The position numbers were made by a program, and so were the translations under genes. A stretch of DNA of 64,000 nt from assembly GCF_038025025.1 (NCBI RefSeq), contig NW_027117338.1, positions 496,001-560,000 on the forward strand, read 5' to 3'. The stretch is from Phyllosticta citribraziliensis. Its lineage: Eukaryota. Positions 9,630 to 21,148 of this stretch are shown piece after piece (position 1 is the first letter of the stretch; each line of letters opens with the position of its first letter). Below the pieces are notes generated by a model. That model made no database searches, was not told where the DNA came from, and was given only the letters and a program-made list of their open reading frames with translations.

Positions 9630-12600
9630 ATGGCTCAAAACGGAGCTTCAGTGCTGCCAGACCCCGCAGCCGACTTGCATTGGAGCAACTACCGCGGAGG
9701 CAAGCCTTTCAAACTCCACAAAAGAGCTAGTGTTGACTCACGCAGCCATTCACGAAATCTTCGCCGCCAACGCTACAAGACACCCCGAGAGACCATGTGT
9801 TGTCGAGACCAAGAGCGCCCATACACCAGAGAGATCCTTCACCTACAAGCACATAAATGAGAGCTCGAATCAGCTCGCGCACCACTTTCTCGCCCATGGA
9901 TGTGAGCGTGGAGATGTCGTCATGGTCTACGCCCACCGCGGGTTAGCAGCTTCACCATTGTTGCGGGCAAATCTAACGTGATGCAGCGTTGACCTCGTCG
10001 TAGCCTACATGGGAGCTCTCAAGGCCGGAGCAACAGTTAGCGTCCTCGATCCGCAATATCCTCCCGACCGCCAAAACATTTACCTCGAGGTTGCCAACCC
10101 CAAATTCCTCGTGCAGATTGAGCGTGCAACTGAGGAGGCCGGTCAACTCTCAGACAAAGTCAGAGACTTTATCAACAAGAATCTGACCATCAAGGCCGAA
10201 GTACCGGCGCTGAAGCTTCGGGATGATGGCACGCTTGCTGGTGGTGAGGTCGGTGGAAAAGATTGTTTGGAGGCACAAGAGGCTCTCAAGAGTCAATTGC
10301 CAGATGTCGTGGTTGGCCCCGACTCGATTCCCACCCTGAGCTTCACCAGTGGCTCCGAGGGAAGACCCAAGGGTGTTCAAGGACGTCACTTTTCTTTGAC
10401 CTACTACTTTCCTTGGATGGCGGAGCGATTCAACTTGTCTGAAAATGACAGGTTCACCATGTTGTCTGGCATTGCTCACGACCCGATTCAGGTACGTCAT
10501 CCAATCTTTTCCCCAGCGGTACTAACAGCAACAGAGAGATATTTTTACTCCCCTCTTCCTCGGTGCACAGCTGCTGGTCCCCAGCCGGGACGACATTGCA
10601 CACGAACTCTTGGCCGAATGGATGCGCAACCACAAGGCCACCGTAACCCACTTGACTCCGGCCATGGGACAGATTCTCGTGGGAGGTGCAAGTGCTCAAT
10701 TCCCGTCGCTTCACCACTCGTTTTTCGTTGGCGACATTTTGATCAAGAGAGATGTCCGCCGACTACAGGACCTCGCCCCCAACGTACGAGTCGTCAACAT
10801 GTACGGTACGACCGAGACTCAGCGTGCCGTGTCTTACTTCGAGGTTCCAAGCAAGAAGGACGATGCCGCATACCTCGACACCCTTGGTGACGTCATTCCG
10901 GCTGGCAAGGGCATGTTGGATGTCCAGCTTCTCGTTGTCGATCGCGAGAACCGGAACCGAATCTGCGGCGTTGGAGAACAGGGAGAGCTCTTCACCCGTG
11001 CTGGTGGTTTGGCCGAAGGCTACCTTGGCAACGACGAGACCACGGCTAAGCTCAACGAAGCCAAGTTCATTACCAACTGGTTCGTCGACCCCAACAAGTG
11101 GGTCAAGGAAGATGAAGAGAAACTGGCCACCGCCGGGAGCAAGGAGCCATGGAGACAATTCTACAAGGGCCCTCGCGACCGTCTCTACAGGACCGGCGAC
11201 TTGGGACGTTACACTGCCGACGGAAATGTCGAGTGTACCGGCCGCATCGACAATCAGGTCAAGATTCGGGGTTTCCGCATCGAACTGGGCGAAATTGACA
11301 CTCACCTGTCCCGCCACCCGCTCGTCCGAGAGAACGTCACTCTTGTTCGCAGAAACAAGGATGAGGAACCTACTCTGGTCAGCTACATTGTGCCCGAGAT
11401 GAAGCGTTGGTACCAATGGTTGGAAGAAAGAGGTCTTGTCAAGGATGAGTCGCCAGACGAGTCAATGGTGGCCATGCTTAAGAAATTCAAGCCCCTGTCA
11501 GAGGACTGCAAGAACCTCCTCAAGACCAAGGTGCCGTCGTATGCGGTCCCCAGTGTCTTTGTGCCGCTGGTCCGCATGCCTCTGAGTAAGTTTTCCCAAA
11601 CTGACTTGGTGCAGACTAACATGTACAGACCCCAACGGAAAAATCGACAAGCCCGCTCTTCCCTTCCCCGAGCCCACTGATCTTTTGCTGGCTGCTGGCA
11701 GGAGGCCCTCCCAAGTTCAAGCTGCCATGACTCCCACGCAAAAGGCCCTTACTGAGATCTGGGGCTCCCTCCTTCCCAACACCTCGGCGCGCATGCTAAC
11801 CCCCGAGTCCAACTTTTTCGAAGAGGGTGGACACTCCATCCTCGCACAGCAAATGCTTCTCAAGGTTCGCAGACATTGGAAGGGCATCGACGTTCCCATG
11901 AGCGTCATCTTCCAATCGCAGACGTTGGAAGCCTTTGCAGCCGAAATCGACCGAGCTCAGGATCCTGCTGGTCTCTACCTCGAAAACTTGCCCGCCCCTG
12001 AGGACATCACCGACGAGGCTTACTCTGCCGATGCGCGCGAGTTGGCACAACAGCTGCCTCAGACTATTCCCAGTGCGGAGATTGACTTTTCCCAGCCAAA
12101 GACAATTTTCCTTACTGGCGCCACGGGTTTCCTCGGATCATATCTGCTGCGCGACCTGCTCAACCGCAAGCACCAGGTCATTGCCCACGTCCGTGCCAAG
12201 GATGCAGCCAGTGGTCTCGACCGTATCATCTCCACAATGCAGGCCTATGGTACTTGGAATGAAGCATGGCGTCCTCAGCTCGAGGTCGTCACTGGAGACT
12301 TGACCAAGCCCAACCTTGGCCTCGCTTCGGAGTCTTGGGAGCGCGTTGTCAACAACGCTGACGCTGTCATCCACAACGGCGCACTTGTCAACTGGATGCA
12401 GCCCTACTCTTCTCTGCGTGCACCCAATGTTCTCTCCACCATGAACACGATCGCCCTTTGCACGGCCGGCAAGCCCAAGCAGCTGGGCTTCGTGTCGTCG
12501 ACTTCCACCCTCGACTCGGACCACTACATTCGTCTGTCCAAGGAGTCTGCCCCCGCAGGAGGAACTGGAGTGCAAGAGAGCGACGACCTTGAAGGCTCGC

Positions 12601-13349
12601 GCAAGGGTCTTGGTACGGGTTACGGCCAAAGCAAGTGGGCGTCCGAGTATATTGTCCGGGAAGCAGGCAAGCGCGGTCTTCGTGGAGCCGTCATCAGGCC
12701 AGGCTACGTCACTGGTGACCCCACCAGCGGCACCAGTATTACCGACGACTTTTTGATCCGTCTCTGGAAGGGCTGTCTCCAGCTGGGCGCGCGCCCCGAC
12801 ATTTCCAACACGGTCAACCAAGTTCCCGTCACCCACGTCGCGCGGGTTGTCATCGCATCGACGCTGCACCCGCCCGTCACGCCCCTCGGTGTCACTCAAG
12901 TCACCAGCCACCCCCGTCTCACATTCAACGAGCTCGTCGGCGCGCTGGAAGTTTACGGATACCCTGTCCCGCTCATCTCGTACGACGAGTGGCGCAACAA
13001 GATGGAAGACTACGTCGCTGATGCTGTGCCGGACCGCGAGGAGCACGCCCTCCTCCCCCTGTTCCACTTTGTCACTGGAGACTTGCCTGCCAACACGATC
13101 GCGCCAGAGCTCGACGACAGGAACGCGGCCGAATCGCTGCGCAAGGACGCCAAGGTCACTGGCGAAGACTGGAGTGCTGGTGGCAAGGTTGACGTTGAGA
13201 TTATTGGCAGATATCTTGCCTTTTTGGTTGAGATTGGATTCTTGCCGCCGCCGGAGAAGCAGGGCGAGAGGGCGCTGCCAAAGGCCGAGTTGGGAGAGGA
13301 GAGGCGAAATGCATTGGGAAGAATTGGAGGAAGGGGTGGAGCTGCATAG
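9630..13349 (+). CDS. LYS2: L-aminoadipate-semialdehyde dehydrogenase (alpha-aminoadipate reductase), A-T-R architecture
   Basis: [55 protein letters not shown]; PPant site FFEEGGHS; reductase [12 protein letters not shown] and GYGQSKW. Four introns (~9700-9745 GC-AG, 9942-9986, ~10492-10536, ~11586-11628). Confidence 0.97.
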
Positions 13350-13477
13350 ATGGTTTTTCAGGGCGTAGAAAAAAGTGCCTGCAAAGGTTTAAGATGATAG
13401 TCATGAAATGTCATCAATCATACTCCATTGGCGTCTCTAGTCATCTACATCATCCACATCATCATCTCGTAACTTTT

Positions 13478-14793
13478 CTACTGCACAAACGCCGTGTACA
13501 GCTCCAACTCCTTGCCCGTCTTGTACTCGACTTCGACGCCAGCCCGGATGAAAAACACGTAGCCCTCCTTGACCTCGACCTTTTTGCCCTCGACAACCAA
13601 CTCGCCCTCGCCCTTGGTACACACAACCATACTCGGACCATTAACCGGCGCCAAGATCTCCGTCTCGCCCGCGGGCACGCTCGTCTTCAGCATATCAAAC
13701 TCGCTCATGGGCGGGGCATAGACCTTGGAGAAGCCCTTCTTGCTCCCCTTATACGACGTAGCCGGCAAGAGAGCCTGCTTCGCATCGTGCGGCTTGAATG
13801 ACAGGACAGAAACAAAGGTGTCGACGTTGTCGCGGTCAGCGCGGGGGCAGAAGCCCGTGTTGAGGACGTTGTTGGAGCGCGCCATGCACTCGATGATGTC
13901 GCCGGCCAGGTACGCGTGGATGCCGTCGGCGGGGATGTAGATGCTCTCGCCGGGCGCCAGGCGCAGGTAGTTCATCGTGATTAGCGCAACCAGGCTGCCG
14001 TTGTCTGTCGCCCCGTACTGGTCTTGCAGCCGTGGTAGCAGCGCGGCGATGTAGCCGTGTTGGCCGTAGGCGGAGCCTGGCAGGGCGCTGAGCGCTTCTT
14101 CTGTTCGCTTGACGGTGTCCTCGGATGCCTTGAGCATCTTTTCTACCACGGCTTTGAGGGTTTGGTCTGTGAATGGGCCCTTGTGTCCCTTGGGCAGGAA
14201 TTGCTGCAGGGGCTCCAGTCGCAGCAGTGCTTCGATGTCGGCGAGATGTTTGAAGCCTGTAAAAGCTTCGAACGGAGAAAGGGCTATCGCGATCTCGGGC
14301 TTGTGGTTAGGGTCGGTGAAGTGGGAGGGCTCCTTTTCGTGCAGTTTGGCTGCGAGCTCCTTGTTCTGCGTGGTCTCAGCATCTGGATACATCAATTTCT
14401 CTCGAGGACTCACGGGATGTAGTTGGAGAGGGAGCGCCTTGGCGATGGACAGGACTTTGGGGAGGAAGGGCAAATTCGAGTGGCCGAACTTTGACAAGAC
14501 TTGTTTGCCCAGGTAGTACTCGGGGTTGGTGTCGATCAAGTCTTGCAGATTCTCTCCCGTCTCGAGGACGTATGATGGGAGGTCGGGATAGGTACCAAAC
14601 CACCTACAGTTGTTAGACGGGACAATTGACTGGATTGAGAATCTTACATTTCTGCGTAGGGTTTGCTCTCATCAATCTTGAATTCGGTTCCAGGAGTCTT
14701 CGAGGCTATCCGGGCAGCGGCAGACTTTGAGCCTTGCTTGCCCCATGGGTACTCATTGCAATAACACTTGAGTTGAATGGCTGATTGAGACAT
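13478..14793 (-). CDS. Class I mannose-6-phosphate isomerase-like protein (divergent paralog)
   Basis: [76 protein letters not shown]. Zn ligands Q/H/E/H are present. Two introns. Confidence 0.9.
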
Positions 14794-15572
14794 GATGAAT
14801 TGATTTGAGAGTCGAGCTGTTGGGAGTAAAAGATTCGAGTAGATAATTGTGAGTGGACAGGATGTGAGTGCGAGAATGCAGAGATGGGTTCAAGACTGGT
14901 GGATGATCCGATTATATCGACAGGAACCTGGGGACAACGTCATAGTAACGTCGGCCAATCGGCAGGGCGGTGGTCAAGGGGCGGCGAGGCCGGAGAGCGC
15001 CATGGGCATTTGGCCATGGCCCATGGCATTCGTCGACAATCTAGAAATGTCCCATTTGTCTGCTCCATGCTGTCATTCTGCGTCCCTCTTCTTCTGGGCA
15101 TGATTTGGGAGCATCCCATCTGTCCGGTTGGTGGCGATTCGTACTCAACGAAGCGGGTTGAGCGATATGGAGAAAAGTCACTCTGTTTCTTTTTAGTTCA
15201 AGCTCCTCGAAAAAGAACATGATGATGCACATGATGGAGGAGTCGTGAGTTGAAACTCCAAGCTGAAAGGTGTCGGTGACGCAAGAGTGCAGGGTCCAGT
15301 TCGGCGCCGGGGCATGGCGTTGCGACAACTCCAACGGCGCGACCATGGCCTCATCATCCTTCATTCCATGAAATTTGCAGTACACGCTTCTTCAGCTTTC
15401 CAGCTTTGGCCTTGTCTCGACGACAGCAACGTGACATGATGCCCTGAACTAATTGAATTTGTCTCCCGGCCCTCCTTGCGTGCGCAACCGCCGCGCCGAG
15501 ACGCTACCCTCCGCCCGAATCTACAACCTCTCATTTAGCTTCAACCCACGTTGCTCGAGCCTCACCACCGCC

Positions 15573-16608
15573 ATGCATTTCGCCTTTCCTCCGCGCAAGA
15601 CCTCGCGCCCTCCTCCATACGTCGCCGTTGCCAATGGTCGCTCATCCGGTCCACTGCTGTCACGACGCAAAGCAAAGCAATTCGCCCTCTTTGCGCTCTT
15701 TGCCCTGGGCGTTTTGTATGCCTTACGGTGGCTGTTTAGCAGTCCAGGCGACAATGACTACATACCGCCCGGCACCCCGCCAGTGGTTCTCGTCACAACG
15801 CTTGACTCGAACCTGCCCGAGACCTTCAAGGACAACATTCGGAAAAACAGGCAGGTGTATGCGGACAAACACGGTATGTTCATGGCGACAAGGTTGGACA
15901 TGGACTGACAGGCCAGGATACACCACCTTCTTTGCAAACACCTCCGACTACAACGTTGGCGAATATCCGAAAAGCTGGGCCAAGGTTCCTTCGATCCGAC
16001 ACGCCATGACGACGCATCCGCACAGCAGCTACTTCTTCTTCCTCGACATTGATACCCTCATCGTCAACAACAAGCTGTCCTTGGAGGAACACGTCATGGA
16101 CAAAAGGCGGTTGGAAGACTTGATGATTGTGGGACTGCCGGTCGTTCCGCCCGACAGCGTCATCAAGACTTTTGCGCACCTTTCGGGCGACAACATTGAC
16201 TTGGTCCTTACTCAGGACAAGGATAATTTGTGTCACAACAGCATAATACTGCGGCGCGGGGATTGGGCCAAGTTCTTTTTGGATGCATGGTATGATCCAC
16301 TCTACCGATCATACAATTTCCAAAAAGCCGAGGGGCATGCATTGGAGCACATTGTCCAGTAAGCGATCTACTCTACTTTCTTGGGAATCGGCACTAACAT
16401 GCGTAGGTGGCATGGCACCATCCTCGCCAAACTCGCCATTGTCCCCCAACGCATCATCAACTCGTACACGCGTGATGAAATAGGCACAAACGGCGATGGC
16501 ATGTACCATGATGAGGACTTTATTGCTGCATTCCCCGGTTGCCTTACCGAGGACAGAAATACTTGCCCCGAGGATATGGCACCTTGGTTTGCAAAAGCAA
16601 ACGCATGA
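15573..16608 (+). CDS. GT34 (MNN10/MNN11/GMA12 family) glycosyltransferase, MNN11-like mannan polymerase subunit
   Basis: MHFAFPPRKTS, TM helix, NRQVYADKHG|YTTFF, SWAKVPSIRHAM, DxD motif FFLDID, FFLDAWYDPLYRSYNF..AEGHALEHIVQ|WH, VPQRIINSY. Two introns. Confidence 0.9.
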
Positions 16609-16937
16609 TGGCCACTGGTGAATTGCAGAGGATCTTTGGCGTTTAGCGAATATATGGGCCGGCATTGGTATGAGCGCGGGAGTTTGGCTTGTTGCATCGC
16701 CTGAGTAGGTAAAGCCCGGGGCTTTTACCATCTGTACCAAACCATCATCAGTCTCAAGATACCACTTCTTCTATAGTAATTCCCATTCAACACAGGTGGG
16801 CGGCCATGACTTTTGGTCGGCGCTCGGACCATTCGCCAGGTGCTCAGCAGGGTGACCTCAACGTCGCGCTACGCCAACCAAACAACATCTCCCTTGAGAC
16901 TGTCTCAGCGATGCCATCTCTAGAAAGCTCTTCGACA

Positions 16938-18087
16938 ATGTTGCCGCCATTGGATCCGTCCATATTCGAGCAAAATCCTAGATTCAAGGCCCTTTACGAC
17001 GATCTCTCACAAAATAAACTCAACGCCGACGCGTCGACCAAGAATAGCAAGAAACAGATTCAGGCTGAAAGAGCAAGAGCGGTCAGTATTGAGCGCGATG
17101 CTTTGAATTCAAACATTACATTTGTTTGTTTCGTCTGACGCGTCGTAGGATGTCAACACCAAACAAACAAACGCCGCAAAAGCCAATATCATTGGCTCGA
17201 CACTTGACCACGTGGCTTGGAAAGATGCACGACTTTCAGAAGAGGTTCGAGGATCTCAAATGTTATTTTTGTCTGCTTGACTAAAAATTGTAGATGCACG
17301 AAGTCACTGTGATTGCCGCAGATCAAGTCAACGGCCGCATTTCCAAGAACCATCAAGAGATTCTCGAACCCGACTTGGAATTCTTCAAAGAGAACATCGA
17401 GTCTGTATCAGCTCTGCTTGAGGACTCCATTGCTTCAACAGCCATTCAGCTGTGCCGAATCATCGACCCAGGTAAACACCACCGCATTCTCCGAAAACGT
17501 CGCTCATTGGTTCTAGAATTTTCGACCGATGACCCCGACTACTGGCTACTGGATGAGCCGCCTCATATTCTTGCTCGGCAGCAAGAGATTGAGGCGCAAA
17601 GCTCCTCTCTGGGTGCATACCGAGCGCACTTGTCCGATCTGGCCGCCTCCATCATGCAGGCTCAAGCGGAGTTGATGGAGGTCGTCGTCAGGATTATGGA
17701 GCAGACTGCCCATGGTACTCTGGCAAGATTTCTGCGCGCCAAGGCAGAGCACTTGGCGGCGGTGTCGGAGGGCTTGGAGAAGAAGCTGAGGTATCACTGT
17801 GAACCAGATTTTAACTTCACTCACTAACACGACGCAGCATCGTCACACTCGGTCAAGAACCCCCGGCCTCCCTACAGATGGCGCTTAGAAAGTACAAGGA
17901 GCACGTGTCGCGCGAAAAGTGGGAGTTGGAGCACCGTGGAGAAATCGCTTCGGACAAGCTCAATGCGTTTGACGAGGCAGGTAAAGGCCGCGGCGACATG
18001 ATGAGGCAGATTGCACAGCGCTACGTCGAGATTGAGGCAGAGATTCAGAAGGTCCAGCGCGACATGGAGAAACTGGATGGCAGGTAG
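16938..18087 (+). CDS. Coiled-coil protein, probable augmin subunit HAUS4-like
   Basis: MLPPLDPSIFEQNPRFKALYDDLSQNKLNADASTK resembles the HAUS4 N-terminal NPxFxxLxxxLS motif. C-terminal coiled coil LNAFDEAG..MRQIAQRYVEIEAEI. Introns 17082-17148, 17245-17293, ~17791-17838. Confidence 0.55.
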
Positions 18088-21000
18088 GTTGCGACGGAGC
18101 AGTCAGACCTGGCGCCGTTTCAACGCTTTTCCACGGCGCATCAGGACGACCACGACCTTCTTGTTTCCAAGATTGCACGCTGTGAAATGGCCGTGGAATG
18201 TTATACCCACGACAGATTTTAACAGAAGCAGTAATGATATACTTTCCTAATTTCACTGAACGACTGCCGTGGAGTCAAAAGCTGCACATCCAAAAGCAAC
18301 GAAATCGGAACTTCCGTGGATTTGCTCCCTAGTCGCCGCGAGAACTCAGACCACTCACCTCGCACGTCGGCTGCACAAGTTTCTAGTCCCAACCACAACT
18401 TCTCCGGACCAAACCTACTGCATCCAGCCAGGCACTTGCCTCATAACCTCATGCACGAGCAAAGCAACCACAGCACTGGCACCAGCAGGCCGCTACGCGT
18501 CTCCGTCTCGATATGTCCAGCACATGCACAAGACGCAAGTGCTTACTGGATCGCCAACCAAAATCACAAGAAGCAAGCAGCCAGTAAGCGAATAGTTTGC
18601 GTCACGTTGTGGCGCGGGGTGCGCAAGAGGACGCAAATCCGGCGCTTGAGGGACGAACCAAAATTCCGCAAACCGCTTTTTGCCTTTGAGGGATTTGCGT
18701 ACCTGGCGATCCGGCGGCAGGGTGGGTGGGTGCTAATTGGCCACCTAGGGAAACATTACGTTTGGCGGGGGGTTGTTGGCGAAGTTTGTTAAGCAAGAAC
18801 CTGGCTTGGCTGCGCGAGCGGATTGTTGTGTCAGCAGCTCTCGACTTTCGTGGCCCTCTTTGGTCATCTTTGGACAAGTACCGGCAGGCTGCTGCATCAC
18901 GAAAAATTCGAAAATCCTGATGCGTATACTCATCCCGCATCGCAAGCAGCCTCCGGTTTGACCATCGTCGACAGGTTCAGCGGGGAACATGGCGAGACTC
19001 ATCTCTCAACCCCCCCCCAAGTCTGGAAGTTCTAAAGCTCGTGATGCAAAGGCTGTGGCCGAGCTTGTCTACCGTACTCATGCAAGTGTCTCCTGCTCCA
19101 GGGTCGAAAAAGGCCGGAGGTCGAAGAAGACCGCGACCCCGACGAAAGCCTATGCACGGCAACGGTACGATGTGCCGAAGCAAAGTTCTTCCTCTTTACC
19201 TTCAACTTGATTTCCTACTTCATCACTGCTTCAGCACAGTTTGCTTAATTGAAGTGAGACTTTGACGATGCATCGGCTCCTGCGTGTGGATGCTGAGGTC
19301 GAAAAACACAGCTGCATCTGGTTGAATATCTCGACACCTCCAGCGGGGAGAAGCTCAGCAACCGCAAGCAACCGGTGATGAGGGGAGAGTTCATGCGGGG
19401 AGGCGGATTTAGAGTTAACTGCACTTGATGCAAGGCTCAGGCCAGGCACCGCGAAACGAGTGCACGCAGCACACCGTTCGACGGGCCGTTCCGGCACACG
19501 GGACGCCTTTGGTCCAACCGGCTAGCCCTCCCCACCACATACGACATCGCCACCACATTCCAAACACTGCGTAAGCTCGTACTGGACTTTGATTCGACGC
19601 CCGAGACTTGCCGCCGCTGTCAAGCGGTCGAGTGGGTGAGCGGCGGAGTTGCCGGCTCAGGTTTTCGCCGACACAGAGAGTCAAGAAGTTTTGACAGGGG
19701 TCGAGTTTAGCTTCACTGCAGCAGTACAGTCTTACTGGGCCTCTACGCGAGGCCCAACCAGAGCTTGCAGTATCAAGACTCCAAGGTGCTAATGATGTGT
19801 GCAAGCCTGCATTCAATTGATCGAAGACTGGATGTTGAAAGAGCCGCCGGAATCCAGCATCTCCGGGTTCACTGTCATCGGTTCCCCTGTGCACATCAAC
19901 AAGCAATTATCAGTTCGGGGTTTTCGTTGACAATACATGTGGTGAAAAGTTTGTAGGTCCAGTTTACTCTGTTGTCCAACTCTGATGTTTTGGAAGACTA
20001 ATCACCATGCGAGCTGGTTTGAGGAATTATGTGCCTAGGACACTTCCCGAAGCATGCACGATTTGGTTTTGACCGGACACCATACTCGCTTGTCCGACCC
20101 ATTATGGACCCTGGCTCGCTTCTACACGTCCTCAGATTGAGATCAACAACAGATGGCCGAAAATCACCAAATTCCGTTGCCGGTGGACTACTTACAGTAC
20201 ACACATTTTAGTCCGAGCTCACCAGTCTTCTCATGGCCAATCACGGACTCAACAACACGTTCAGGTGAACTCGCAAGGCTGAGCCCTGAAAAGCTTTTTT
20301 GAATCCCCCGCGGCTCCACATACGCCAAATTGCCGAGCTAGGCAGGCGGATGCGCGGAACTCGCGCCACCAAGCGTCAACGTTCTCCCCCGTTGTTTGTT
20401 ACCGCTTTGAGAATAGCTGGTCGTGGGATAGAATAATCGCCACTCATGCTTGATCAGTCTCTCGGGAGGGGAAGCGAGGCAAGATCTGTTGAGCTTGGCG
20501 ACTCTGACCATTCGACCGCTACGTTGAATACTTACCAGAAGCTCCACAAGCCATGAAGCAGAGGTCTAAAGTGTTCATCAATTGACAAAGAGTGTGGTGT
20601 GAGTTGGTCCTTGACACGACCCTCGCCACCGTGATCAAGTGTTGACTTTACCAATTCAGGGGTACGCACCGAGACTTCCAAAAGACCCTTTCTAGAAGAT
20701 TATTTCCTAAAATTAGTGAGCCCCCTCACGACCTTCCCAGTCCAACCCACCACATGTGACCTGCGTGGTTGGAACGGAGCCTCGCGGTGTACAATGTACA
20801 CCTTTTTTTAGTCCCGAGCTTGAGCATCAAGACTTTTAGATGCAGGTACCCAAACGCAAAACAGCAGTAAACTCGTCGACTAGCTCGACCGTTCCAACGG
20901 CTATCATTTTCGTCGTCCTAGATTGGTGCGGCGATCGCGGAGGCGCGTCGTATTCTGCCATGTCAAATCAGCGCGGGCAAGCAAACCTTGGGTCGTCGTG

Positions 21001-21148
21001 CAGCTGTTGAGATATATATGCGAGGTGAGCACTTTGGTAACTCGACATCTGAAACCGATACGTACCTCCTTCGTTCTGTCTCCCTGAAATCTTTGGGATT
21101 TGTCTGATCACTCGTTCGGTTCAGATCTCTCCTCCTGAATTTCCCACC

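Noticed and set aside
12138..13067. 309-aa antisense ORF (and similar ones at 10763, 43886, 51014, 39372)
   Set aside because: Expected shadows of GC3-rich coding sequence on the opposite strand or in other frames.
9630..13349. NRPS-like A-T-R enzyme as the core of a secondary-metabolite cluster
   Set aside because: The motifs ([33 protein letters not shown]) are those of primary-metabolism Lys2, and the neighbours are not tailoring genes.
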